Part shown: one piece after another, positions 1 through 11,700 of the stretch
Numbering within the stretch: position 1 is the first letter of the stretch
Layout: each line of letters begins with the position of its first letter
From: Octopus bimaculoides
Lineage: Eukaryota
Direction of reading: 5' to 3'
Assembly: GCF_001194135.2 (NCBI RefSeq)
Contig: NC_068992.1
Span: forward strand, 6,187,851-6,222,616
Length of the DNA: 34,766 bases
Made by a program: the position numbers and the translations under genes
The notes under the pieces: generated by a model
Told to the model about the DNA's origin: nothing
The model's input: the letters and a program-made list of their open reading frames with translations, nothing else
The model's database searches: none

Positions 1-18
1 AGAAGAAGAAGAAAAGAT

Positions 19-49
<31 letters not shown>

Positions 50-120
50 AAGAAGAAGAAAGAGAAGGAGGAAGAGGAGGAGGAAGAGGAGGAGGAAGAG
101 GAGGATGAGAACAACAACAA
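1..120. repeat. (GAA)n/(GGA)n/(CAA)n trinucleotide microsatellite
   Basis: Directly visible simple repeat; ends approximate. Confidence 0.95.
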
Positions 121-530
121 GAGCTACAAGAACAAAAACACAAGAGCTTAAAAAAAAGATGTTTGGAGGTTACAGACTGTGTGGAGACTATAAAGTTAAG
201 GAAGTGAATAGAGAGAATGTGTTAACAAAATGTTTCTATAAGAGAAAGAGAACGAGAGTTCACCATTAGAAAGATGAGGGTTTGTTAGATAACAATACGT
301 ACTGGAGGCCATGTCAATGTCAATCTTTGTACAGATGTTTAAAGAAGAAGGTTCAGAATTCTCGTAAATCACTGATTTTCTACTGTATGAAGGGTTCCGT
401 TATAATGCAGAACTCTTTTAAAATGTTCCGATCAACGGAACAGCTTGCTCATGAAATTAACCTGCAAATGGCTGAGCATTCTACAGACTATGTGCATTAA
501 AGCGAAGCTCGAGAAAGTAAGATATCCTTT

Positions 531-718
531 CTACTAAAGGCACAAGGTCCCAAATTTGCAGACTTGTCGATAACATCGACCCCAGTATTTCATTGGTACT
601 TAATTTACCGACCACGAAAGGATGAAAGGCACAATTTGAACTCAGAACGTAGCGGCAGACGAAATACCGCTGAGCATTTTTCCCGGCGTGCTAACGGTTC
701 TGTCAGCTCACTACCTTT
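531..718 (-). mobile_element. tRNA-derived SINE, family A, near full length with an internal deletion
   Basis: Minus strand reads ggtagtgagctgacagaaccgttagcacg (A-box-like), gagttcaaatt (B-box-like), the core gcctttcatcctttcgtggtcggtaaattaagtacca and the tail ccttgtgcc. The same modules recur at 14099-14260 and 17667-17790. Confidence 0.9.
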
Positions 719-1044
719 GAGAAAATAAGATATCATTGGAATAAATTGTACAAGACCATCAAAATGAAACGAGAAACCTCTGCCATATATTTTCCGCGAA
801 ATTAGTTCGGTTTATGAATTTTGAGACTAAATTCTGACAAAGAGGTCAGCACTCCCTGTTACTTGAAGGAGCGATACCAAAAGAAACTGAGTTAGTCGAT
901 CGATTCATTGAAAGGATAGTGATGATACAGCACTGAATAGACTGTTCTACAATATCTCTTCAGGCTCTGTGAACAGATCCACCGAGGTCAACTTTATATT
1001 TTCTCATTTTGGGTTTCATAAAACAATTACTGAAAGCCTCTTCA

Positions 1045-1145
1045 ATGTTTCTCTCTCACTTTCCCTGTTTCTCTCTCCCTTCTCTCTCTCTATCTCCATT
1101 TCTCCCCCCTCCCCCTCTCTCTCTCTCTTTCTCTCTCTCTCTCTT
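1045..1145. repeat. Imperfect (CT)n microsatellite
   Basis: Directly visible; ends approximate. Confidence 0.9.
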
Positions 1146-1734
1146 ACAACCCTGATGCAACAAAGAGCTGAAGAAGGAGCTACCAATTACTTCTAACAGA
1201 ACATTACTGGAGCTGAACAAAATAGGAGCAATGTGTAATATTGAGGAGCATGGAAATATGTAAAATAGTCAATTAATATTGTCCTCAGGATTTGAATAAT
1301 TGTACCTCTGAAGCATGGCAAAAAAAATTATAACCTGGTTTTAATTTGCGTTTGATGTAAAAGACTTAATGATTGTTATTCAACTTTAAATATATTCGTA
1401 CATCTTTGGAATTTAAAGATAAAGTCATTCAACTTAAATCACAAAGTAAACATTATATAGAAGTTATGTAATTCCAGACATTACGAAAACATAAGTTATT
1501 TAACTATAGTATCCGTGTAAAAAATCGTTTTCTCATGGGGGAGATGCTTGTAGCTATGGAAGCTAGAACACAATTTACTGGAAGGTAAATTTTACTTCTT
1601 AAACATTGATGAAAACATGATTAAAGACAGTATGATAGGAAAAAATAAACTATAACTGATATTAGTATGCACATAAGTGTATTTATATAGATCTGTGGAA
1701 ATATAATTTTGTGAGAGACAGAGATAAAAGTATT

Positions 1735-1808
1735 AATAGATAGAAAGATAGATATATAGATAGATAGATAGATAGATAGATAGACAGACAGACGGACAGA
1801 CAGACAGG

Positions 1809-1884
<76 letters not shown>

Positions 1885-2030
1885 GTGAGAGAGAGAGAGA
1901 TTGACAGATAGATACACACACAGGCAGATAGGCAGACATACAGACATATACAGATAGATATATATATATACAGACAGATATATATACATATAGATATATA
2001 TATATACAGGCAGACAGATACATAGGTATT
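1735..2030. repeat. Compound (GATA)n/(GACA)n/(GA)n/(TA)n microsatellite
   Basis: Directly visible; source of the spurious YLSI-repeat ORFs. Confidence 0.95.
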
Positions 2031-3111
2031 GGGAAGATACAATTTAGGGCCATAACAATTGTTAGTCCGTAGCATTCATTAAAATTCACGTGTATGGCCA
2101 CGTCATATAATGATATGATAGAAAAAAAAGTGAGGCATTAAGAATTAACCCTGCATTAATAAAGTGTGAAAATTGTAATAGCTTTACATCAGTATAATTG
2201 ATATCAGTCACAACCGACATGTTTCGACCACAAGTTGGCGTCTGCTACAGTTACGAACCTCATGCTCTCAAGTTCGACTATATTGTCTATGAAACGTGTC
2301 ATTCCAGAGGTAGTAATAGTCAACAAGGAGAAATGTGTTTGATAGAAATTTCTAATTAAAAGATCAGTCAGTCATAATGGTTTTATTTTTTCCTGTGATA
2401 GTGTTTGTCTTACGATAAGAATTTAGATTTTCTCAAACGAAGAATTTCATAAAATAATTCTGTCCATTGGAATGATATACAGAAATAATATCTATTGAGT
2501 TTATTTCATAGACTTAAGGAGAGAGACGACTTGAGTAATGCCAAGACACTTTGGTGCCTTGCAAAGCTTTAAAACGCAGAAGTATTTCAACTTACGTCGG
2601 TAATTTTTTACAAGACTTGCGATTTATCTCGAAAAAAGACGTAACACAAAACCCGTTTGTGCTTTGGTACAAAAGTTTCTAGATATTTTTCCATGTATTT
2701 TATTTGGTTTTGCATTTTAGTATTATTAATTTGTGTACATTTTACTATGTACAAAATCGTTGTAAGATGAACTGACGGGAGATGAGGCGTGTCTATGGTA
2801 TAGCAACGGTGAAGATGATACGCTATTACGACCATACATCAATTTAGGTAGGATTTATAGTAAACATAGAAAAAACATAGGACAAATGGAAGCAACTACA
2901 GACAGAGAAATTAAAATGTCGCATGAGGAACAGTTGCATGAAGAATTAGCGACTTCATATATCAAAATAACAAACAACAGATCTAAAAAATAAAAAGCGT
3001 GGAGAATCCGGATATTATAATAACATTAAATTCTACTGCTGCTACCAAACGGAATTAGGACGTTGATGATTTGGTGGTTATATTCATATCGATGCTGTTG
3101 GTATTGATGAC

Positions 3112-3135
3112 TATTATTATTATTATTATTGTTAT

Positions 3136-3175
<40 letters not shown>

Positions 3176-3176
3176 G
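3112..3176. repeat. (ATT)n(ACT)n compound microsatellite
   Basis: Directly visible. Confidence 0.95.
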
Positions 3177-3194
3177 TACATGGATTTATATATA

Positions 3195-3400
3195 CATATA
3201 TACATTTTCAAAATGTAACCGCGTGTGTATCGTTGGCGATTTCCTTCCTTTGGACTTTCCTCTATTGCTGAAGAAGAGCTTTGCTCGAAACATTAAATCC
3301 TCTTTCCTTCCTTTCCTGAGCGTCTGATGATACAATATTTGTACCACATCCTCGCGTTATTGTTTTTTCTTGTTTGTTCTTCTTTGTTTGGATACCCATA
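3195..3400 (+). mobile_element. Penelope-like-element terminal-repeat fragment (putative)
   Basis: Contains a hammerhead-type core, followed by tccttcctttcctgagcgtc...catcctcgcgtt and then (TA)n. I recall this as a high-copy Octopus repeat. The PLE assignment is inferred from the ribozyme motif; no RT or GIY-YIG coding sequence is visible. Confidence 0.5.
3264..3298 (+). ncRNA. Minimal hammerhead-ribozyme-like motif (degenerate)
   Basis: CTGAAGA (3268-3274), A, stem II gagc-ttt-gctc (3276-3286), GAAAC (3287-3291). Stems I and III are weak. Confidence 0.5.
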
Positions 3401-3414
3401 CATATTTGTCTGAA

Positions 3415-3421
3415 TGTATGA

Positions 3422-3456
<35 letters not shown>

Positions 3457-3500
3457 TATACACATATATTATATATCTAGAGAGAGAGAGAGAGAGAAGA
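3415..3500. repeat. (TA)n/(GA)n microsatellite
   Basis: Directly visible; ends approximate. Confidence 0.9.
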
Positions 3501-4524
3501 AAGAGGAGGAGTGTGGGAGGGGTTACGAAAGAAGTGATAAATGATAAGCGAAATAAAAGTTACAATAAACCTCAAAATCATATACAATATATCTGTGCAC
3601 TTTAAAACGAATGTAAAAGAAATGACGATCAATGATTAGCACTTTATGCAAAAGATTCATTTCGTGTGTCTGTGGTCTGCGCGCGTGAAAGTGAGTTTAT
3701 ATGTACGGACGGAAACATAATTTGATACATAACAATATACACCCCCCCCCCACACACACACACACATGTATAATTATAATAATTATATATACTGAGAAGG
3801 TAAAATGAAAATGGGAGAAACAAATCTAAGTGGGTTATTATGTCTTTTGATAACCTAAACTGTTATATTTTCAAACCAATATAAAGCCATTGAAGTCCTG
3901 AAAAGATCGTTCATATTTAAGTTTGTCTCTGGCAATCTCCACATCAAATATCGATAAATCTGTCTTTAGTTTATTCAGCGAAAGTGATCTCTTTGAAATC
4001 TTTAAACAACTCACATATTGTTTGAGACTTTGGTTACTTTGTTCATTTTTTTTAAAATCTTTTATTTCGTTATATCTACGAAATTACTTCCCCCGAGAGG
4101 GAACATATTTTTGGCATTATGAGAGATATATAAAATCGTTCCACTCATGCAAGAGAGATAAATATCAGTTTACTTTATGACGCTAAAAATAATGTTTTAC
4201 TCAAAGTTAGTAACACTAAAAATATTGTATTTCTCACAGTTATTTAGTCAAATGAAAAATGTTGTCTTTTATAATGTTATTTAGTAAAGCTAAAAATATA
4301 TTATTTCGCAAACGTTTTATTCATGCACATATTGTCTTATTTAGTTTTACAGCAACTATTATTCCTCGATATATATATATTTATTTATAATTCTCTATCA
4401 CAAGTAAATTAAACTCTAAACTATTTTCCTTGCAGTTATAGTTTCAATAAAACATTTTTTTTCCTCTCTCTCTTGATTTGTAATACTGAAATACTAGGAA
4501 TACTAAAATGTTTTGCTGGGGAGA

Positions 4525-4526
<2 letters not shown>

Positions 4527-4587
<61 letters not shown>

Positions 4588-4685
4588 GTGTCGACTAACA
4601 TTAAAAATATCATTTTTCAACCCATGTTACTTAGTAGAATGAGACTGTTCTCTGTATATATGTGTGTGTGCGTGTCTGCGTGTGA

Positions 4686-4725
<40 letters not shown>
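4527..4725. repeat. (CT)n tract (about 4527-4584) and (TG)/(TA)n tract (about 4655-4725)
   Basis: Directly visible. Confidence 0.9.
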
Positions 4726-5084
4726 GCTAAAATATTATATCGTTTTATATAGTAGGTGTAGACAAAGTTAGATTTGTAAACTGAATAATATTGAAACTTA
4801 TATGACAATGAAACGTCTTCTATCGTAAGAATGATATCGCCACTTTTTTTTAAAATTCAGGTTATGTAACTGAAAATAAACTTAGACAATAACAATGTAT
4901 CAAAATTATGTACTTATTATTATTGAAAATTTTAAATACATGAGTTTCTTAATATCAATTTCATTTATTATTACCGTAAAAGTAATGAATTTCTTATTAT
5001 TGAAATATGAAAAGTATTGATACCTAAACATATATTTAGCGTTCCACCACATTTTAGAGACTCACAGTTTATACACCATACACA

Positions 5085-5240
5085 TGTGTAAATTGTGTAT
5101 TGTGTATATATATACTGTTGTGTCTGGGGAGAGTCATTTTCTTATTGTGCCTTAAAATTTAACACACTCACCGGTAAAATTTCCACTTATTTCTTATTTT
5201 TATTTTCCTATAATTTTCGTTGCGTCTTGTAACCTTTTCA
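5085..5240. repeat. Probable interspersed-repeat fragment (ggggagagtcattttc...aacacactcaccggtaaaatttccac)
   Basis: Recalled as a common Octopus repeat. Within the window it shares the exact 15-mer tgtaaattgtgtatt (5087-5101) with 6493-6507. Class unknown. Confidence 0.35.
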
Positions 5241-5254
5241 AAGCAAATGTAGAA

Positions 5255-5485
5255 TGTGTGTGTGTGTGAATATTCACAGTCACAGCTATACAGCGGCATA
5301 AATACATTTATACTAACATGTACGTAAAGCGGTCCTTATGTTCTGTGTGTGTGTGTGTGTGTGTGTGTGTATGCGTCTGTGAGCAGGTGTATATGTGAGT
5401 GTGAGCACGTGTACATGTGTGTGTTTGTTCGTGTGTATGTATTTATGTACGCATAAATGTGTGTATGTATGTGTGTGTGCGCGTG
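5255..5485. repeat. (TG)n-rich compound microsatellite region
   Basis: Directly visible; ends approximate. Confidence 0.85.
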
Positions 5486-5935
5486 TGTTTATTTGTCTCC
5501 ATGCCTGCTTCTATATCTGTGTAAATTGGCGTGTGCCATGATGTCACTTTAACGCTACACAGGTGACTTGATGGTCCAGTAAGCAAAAACAGTGGCGTAC
5601 TGGCTGAAACCTTTGAAAGGATAAAAGCAATTTAGTAAAGAATTCAAAGAAAGCATTTCGACATAACAACACGTGCCAAATTCCTATAAAGATACGCTCG
5701 AAGAAGGCATTCCGAAATCATTCTCCTTTATCTCGTTTCATATAGGAAACAAAACAGTGAATATGTGCGGAAATATTGTAGTCAGCATGTAGATCTTCGA
5801 ATTGCTACGCAGTTGATTATCGTTATAGAAGTAGCAGAGATAATGATCGTGTTGACAGTTATGTCACCTGACACAGGTCATTCAATACAACTTCATCGTA
5901 TAAAACCCACTGATGCGCAAACAAACACATAACCG

Positions 5936-6071
5936 NNNNNNNNNNNNNNNNNNNNNNNNNNNNNNNNNNNNNNNNNNNNNNNNNNNNNNNNNNNNNNNNN
6001 NNNNNNNNNNNNNNNNNNNNNNNNNNNNNNNNNNNNNNNNNNNNNNNNNNNNNNNNNNNNNNNNNNNNNNN
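5936..6071. other. Assembly gap (N)
   Basis: N run, (TA)n on the right. Confidence 1.
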
Positions 6072-6841
6072 TATATATATAAATCGAAGTGTTCAGTATT
6101 ATATGACCAGTACAGTCGATCTTACAAATGAGTTTCGCGCTAGGGATTCAACGGACTGTCAGGTAACAATCCGATTATGTAAAGCTGCGCTCATCAGAGG
6201 TAGCTGTTATGAAATGAAATATGGTGACTGAATATATATACATTATAATGTAGTATACAGGTGTTCTATGGCGATCCCTGCCACACAGAGGTTAAGAATT
6301 TATATAGGAGGCCACTGTAAATCATAAACGTCGATAGAGGGTTTATTTGAACACTTTTACTAACGTAAAGTATAAAAATTTTACAACACTAGTTTCGTAT
6401 ATGCAAGAACTTAAACTAAGAAAATACAATGCTCATTATCTTAGTCTGTAATAGCAGAAGCCCCCGTCCCATACCAAACAATTGCACGTGTATGTAAATT
6501 GTGTATTAGAAAGTCGATATGATCCTACATCATTTAACAAATTCTTGGATGCTATTTTATCCTGTGACCATAGATACCGTTCACGATTTAAATATTTTGA
6601 TAAATCTCGATAAATTCAACATTAATTTTTTTAATTATCTATATTTCTATTAATCTCTTTACTCTTGCCATCCTCTAACTTCATGTTGATCAATTATTAC
6701 CCGCTTAACATTTACAACACTTTCTAAAGTGAATTTCCCATAATTCCTGCTATAGCATTTCCTCTTCCTGTTAATAAGTGCACCTCCCTATATAATTAAA
6801 TCTCATCTACTCAATACGAATTCTGAGCCCTGAATAATATA

Positions 6842-6926
6842 CTCTCTGATGAAGGAGTATCCAATTTTCGGAGTGAAAATACCCTAAAATCTATGGATTA
6901 CTATGTTCCTGAAACATTCATAAGAG
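6842..6926 (+). ncRNA. Type I hammerhead-ribozyme-like motif with extended stem II
   Basis: Stem I ctct (6842-45)/agag (6923-26); CTGATGA (6846-52); stem II agga (6853-56)/tcct (6907-10), extended by gtatcca/tggattac; GAAA (6911-14); UA site at 6921-22. Stem III is reduced to a single A-U pair. Confidence 0.55.
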
Positions 6927-7862
6927 GATTACCACCAACAGTTTATCTAAACAGGATTACTTATTCTCTTGGATTATTTACATATGTTTTTATTTTCAAA
7001 ATCCAGTCTTTTCGTAAGACTTTGTTTCATTCAACTTCTCGTAAGGGCATATTTATTCTTCAATAATTTTTACAACACCGTTCCACAACGCCTTTTAATA
7101 CAACTGTAATTCTAAATGTCTCTATATATATCTTTATACATCTACGCTTGTATTGATTAATCCAATTCATCTATTTATATATTAATTTTTTATGTATCAA
7201 TGTATTCATAGATTTTTAATATGTTTCAATATTTTAATGACTGATACATTTGCCTGTCTCAAAGCAGATATACATCGATCCATGGCAGAATATATGTTTA
7301 TAGAAATTTGCATTCTCCTTAACATTTTTTATATCTTGCATCTCGGGCTTTTACCTAAGCACTTCAAACTACTGCCTATACAATACACAAAGAAATTTTA
7401 TTATATATACATTTATATACACACACACATGCACATACACATGCATACACAAAGACCAATCTCGTATCTATTTTCCTGTTGGCTCAAATTTCGCTACAAA
7501 TCCAACCAAGATATTTTGAAAAGCAACATTTACTACAAAACTACAAGAACCGTTTTTTTTTTTTCATTTTGAGGTATGAAACGCTAACGCAATTAGACGA
7601 TGGATGATACCAGGTGCAATTCCTCTAACATACACTGCACTTCATACCTATTGAAGTGATCACATAAAGCAATTTCGAATAAAGATTCTGGATCTCAAAA
7701 TTTTTAGAAGCTTTCAAGTAGATAGAAATATCTCTTTGAAAGGGTTACAGTACGAATTCGGTGAGAAATTTGAATCAAGTACTTTCCTCACAGCATTATA
7801 CATCTGAAATACTTGTAGTGTAGGATTGCAGCGAAGCACAAAAGGGTAAAATGCAATAGGAT

Positions 7863-8030
7863 TGAGAGAGAGAAAGAAAGAGAGGGAGAAAGAAAGAGAG
7901 AGAGAAAGAAAGAGAGAGAGAGAAAGAAAGAGAGAGAGAAAGAAAGAGTGAGAGACAGAAAAAGAGAGAGAGACAGAAAAAGAGAGAGATAGAGAAAGAG
8001 AGAGAGACACTCAAAGACTGAGATAGAGAA
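7863..8030. repeat. Polypurine (GA/GAAA) tract with a roughly 14-bp higher-order unit gagagagaaagaaa
   Basis: Directly visible. Confidence 0.9.
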
Positions 8031-8220
8031 AAGTAGGTTAGTGGCATATATGAGGAAAATTAGTGCGAATATATAGGTGTAAATGAAATGGAGAGAACAA
8101 TAATCATGTATGTGTATATATCTGTAGACTTGGAATAAACTCACGCGCATGCAATTGTACTCAAAGACATAAGTACATATACGCCTATGTATTTCCAAAT
8201 ATACACGCGTGCGCCTCCTT

Positions 8221-8221
<1 letters not shown>

Positions 8222-8314
<93 letters not shown>

Positions 8315-8350
8315 GTATGTATGTATGTATGTATGCATGTATGCACATAT
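8222..8350. repeat. (CA)n(TA)n(TATG)n compound microsatellite
   Basis: Directly visible. Confidence 0.95.
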
Positions 8351-9139
8351 ACACTAAAAGTATGGTAACTACTTCTGAAAAAGGTGGCAATTATTTTAAA
8401 TTTAATAATCCCCATGACAAATAAGCGAACACCAACATTTAAAAAAAAAAATAAAGTACAATAAATATTATGAAGAAGAAAAAAGAATTAAAATGGAAAT
8501 ACGTCTTGATGTGGTTGTGTTGGAGAAAATAAAAATCAATAATTCTAATTTTATCATGTAAAATTTAATTATTTTAAATTGAAATAATTAAGGAGATTTC
8601 CTGAAGAAAAGTAATAATTTAGATATCAGAATATTTAGATGTTTGTTTCTGCTTATTTTGTTAACATATTAATGATCGCTGACCCTTGACATTGAAGGTT
8701 TTCTTCCTCTCTAATCTTCTTTCAGTAAAACAACAAATTCGAGATATTTATGAGCAAGCATCAAAACTCATTGAAATGGACGAAATATATATGAAGTTTA
8801 ATTTGATTTTTCACTGATTGTAGGTTTTCTGAATTAAATTTCAATTACTCTGCAATAAAGACGAATGTGGCAAAAATTTTCTTAAAATATCTCTTAATGA
8901 CATTGGTTATAACAAAATTTGCTTTTTGCAGACTTGAAAAGTTTTAGTTTATTTGTTTATTACTAATTTTTGTTGTTTGTTCTTTAAATTATTTCAGATG
9001 TTTTAACCTTAATTCAAAAAAAAAGAAGAAGAAAAAACAGTCAGTCGATTTTATGAAATTAAAAGCTTTTATAACATGTTCATTTAAAGAAAATCGTGGT
9101 TCATCTTTTTCCACTGAATGTTCGTATATGTAAATGGCA

Positions 9140-9375
9140 CCTTCTGTATGTATGTATGTATGTATGTATGCATGTATGTATCTATCTATGTACATGCATA
9201 TGTATGTATATATATATATATGTGTGTATANNNNNNNNNNNNNNNNNNNNNNNNNNNNNNNNNNNNNNNNNNNNNNNNNNNNNNNNNNNNNNNNNNNNNN
9301 NNNNNNNNNNNNNNNNNNNNNNNNNNNNNNNNNNNNNNNNNNNNNNNNNNNNNNNNNNNNNNNNNNNNNNNNNNN

Positions 9376-9401
<26 letters not shown>
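9140..9401. repeat. (TATG)n/(TA)n microsatellite spanning gap 9231-9375
   Basis: Directly visible. Confidence 0.95.
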
Positions 9402-9409
<8 letters not shown>

Positions 9410-9648
9410 AGTAATAAGGTACTCAGGTATCTGGATGGTTGTACATTTACAGATTTTTATTAATATGTCACATGTTTTTACAAATTCGCGCTTGCATCTT
9501 TTCTAGTAGATTCTCCAGATTTAAATTTTCTTGGGAGGATTTGTCTCTTTTCATAGTATTATTGAATGTGTAGGGGTGGAGAGAGAGATATAGGATAGTA
9601 AAAGAAGGTGAGGAATGGAGAGAACGTGTGAGAGAGAGAGAGAGAGAG

Positions 9649-9685
<37 letters not shown>

Positions 9686-9688
<3 letters not shown>

Positions 9689-9778
9689 GATTTGCTCGAC
9701 TAAAGGCAGTACTCCAGCATGGCCACAGTCAAAATGACTGAAACAAGTAGAACAGTAGAAGAGTAGAAGAGTAGAAGA
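9686..9778 (+). mobile_element. SINE family B, 3' end only, preceded by (GA)n(GT)n
   Basis: gtcgatttgctcgactaaaggcagtactccagcatggccacagtcaaaatgactgaaacaag plus a tandem agtagaag tail. Matches the reverse complement of 15505-15708 and 27999-28208. Confidence 0.9.
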
Positions 9779-10109
9779 TATATTTACATATATATATACA
9801 TATTATTTGCTTAACATATATGTATGTATGTGTCTGTGTGCAACAAGGGAGTTATATGATATAAATAAGCAAAGTTCATTACATTATTATGTAATGGAAA
9901 CCATTAGCTTACAACGGAAATTCAAAATACTAACTGCAACGCGTGTCTGCATTAACTCACGCGCAAGCTCACATTGTCACACATACAAATACGAGCATTC
10001 GCTTAAATATGAACGTATGTGATTGGATGTGACATCTTGTCTGCGCACTTGTGTTGTAAAAAATTGTCTGCACATAATGACGGAGCGAAACTTGTAATCA
10101 TAGTAAGGT

Positions 10110-10153
10110 ATACACAGGCACAGACACACACACTCACACACACAAACACACAC

Positions 10154-10184
<31 letters not shown>

Positions 10185-10574
10185 CACATGCATATATATA
10201 TATATGTACACACATATATATATACATATATATANNNNNNNNNNNNNNNNNNNNNNNNNNNNNNNNNNNNNNNNNNNNNNNNNNNNNNNNNNNNNNNNNN
10301 NNNNNNNNNNNNNNNNNNNNNNNNNNNNNNNNNNNNNNNNNNNNNNNNNNNNNNNNNNNNNNNNNNNNNNNNNNNNNNNNNNNNNNNNNNNNNNNNNNNN
10401 NNNNNNNNNNNNNNNNNNNNNNNNNNNNNNNNNNNNNNNNNNNNNNNNNNNNNNNNNNNNNNNNNNNNNNNNNNNNNNNNNNNNNNNNNNNNNNNNNNNN
10501 NNNNNNNNNNNNNNNNNNNNNNNNNNNNNNNNNNNNNNNNNNNNNNNNNNNNNNNNNNNNNNNNNNNNNNNNNN

Positions 10575-10609
<35 letters not shown>

Positions 10610-10805
10610 CATATATATACGTGTAAGCGGCTAAGTGTGTGCGCGCTCACGCACCATTGCGTTTGTGAATGAAAATGCAGTACATGTATGTGTATATGTG
10701 CCTAAGTATGTATGTATAGATACACACGTTTCTTTGTGTGTGTGTGTGTGTGTATATATACATGTATGTATGTGCGTGTGTATACATATATGTATATGTA
10801 CAAAC
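10110..10805. repeat. (CA)/(TA)/(TG) compound microsatellite region including gap 10235-10574
   Basis: Directly visible. Confidence 0.9.
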
Positions 10806-11142
10806 AACATATAATTCAATATTTTATTGCATTATATCATACACAGCAGGTATTAATTGACGACATGCAATTCAATTTTCAGTATTGTTTCATTTCCTTA
10901 TTATAATATTCCATTCATATACGCAGTAAGCGTTTTATGGCCAGGTATAGTGAACGCGTACAAGTGAAGTCGATGTCACTATGAACTATAACTTTTCACT
11001 CTATCATTGCGTGCACAGATCTTTTTGCTAAATTCTCTTATGATTATTGGCGTGTGAATGTGTTATATTTTGTATTGTTTTTCAGGTGTTAAAAATATGA
11101 TTTCACAAGGGTTTTCGTTTTCATATTCGCTTTAGTTCCTAG

Positions 11143-11299
11143 TACAACTCTGATATTGCTTCAGTTTATGATGTACGTCTTCTGTTTCGGCATCAGAATG
11201 TCTCATATGTAATTAGGCTTTGGAAATCATCATCGAAGGAAGCACTTCTGCGTTCTCGAAAAGCAGCGGATAATTTTGCTAACTCGAGGGTACGACGAG
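11143..11299 (+). CDS. Candidate internal exon of unknown protein (YNSDIASVYDVRLLFRHQ...ADNFANSRVRR)
   Basis: Open frame between ttcctag| and |gtatcc in a locally GC/CpG-richer segment. No homology recognised. Confidence 0.2.
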
Positions 11300-11599
11300 G
11301 TATCCGATTTTAGAATGGTACTCAACATAGTTCTGCTGATTCCGTTCTGAACAGAGTTGACCAAAACCATCATCGTCGTCGTCGTCATCATTATCACTTC
11401 CTTTACTGAGTAGTGGAAGTGAACATATCTTTTGTATAGACACAAACATGGCCGTGAGCTTAAGAAGCTTGCCTCGTTATCAAGTCGCGTCCGGTTCAGT
11501 TCGCCGTTGAGGCACTTTGGCATAGCATATTCTACTAAAATGACAAGCCGACCAGTGCCATGTGAACAAGTTAGGTACATGTGGAAACTCAGAAAAGCG

Positions 11600-11700
11600 C
11601 GTACTATAAATGCGTGTGTGTGTGTGTGTATGTGTTTGAGTGTGTGTGTGAAAGAGAGAGAGAGAGACAGACAGAGAGAGAGATAGAGAGAGAGAAAGAG
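11600..11700. repeat. (TG)n(GA)n microsatellite
   Basis: Directly visible. Confidence 0.9.

Noticed and set aside
282-500. 72-aa ORF MLDNNTYW...
   Set aside because: No recognisable motif and no convincing splice context.
2766-2992. Open frame DELTGDEACLWYSNGEDD..., resembling the mariner TGDEKW motif
   Set aside because: Similarity is limited to about 8 residues and the flanks do not follow the transposase pattern.
3865-4180. Overlapping open frames on both strands (MSLAISTSN... and YNEIKDFKKNEQ...), with a minus-strand gtgagt donor
   Set aside because: No homology recognised; AT-rich sequence gives such frames by chance.
7708-7805. Possible short exons on either strand (SFQVDRNISLKGLQYEF; MYNAVRKVLDSNF...)
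   Set aside because: They cannot be linked to any chain and are mutually overlapping.
8726-8817. Strong acceptor followed by KQQIRDIYEQASKLIEMDEIY...
   Set aside because: Protein-like, but there is no good in-phase donor before the stop.
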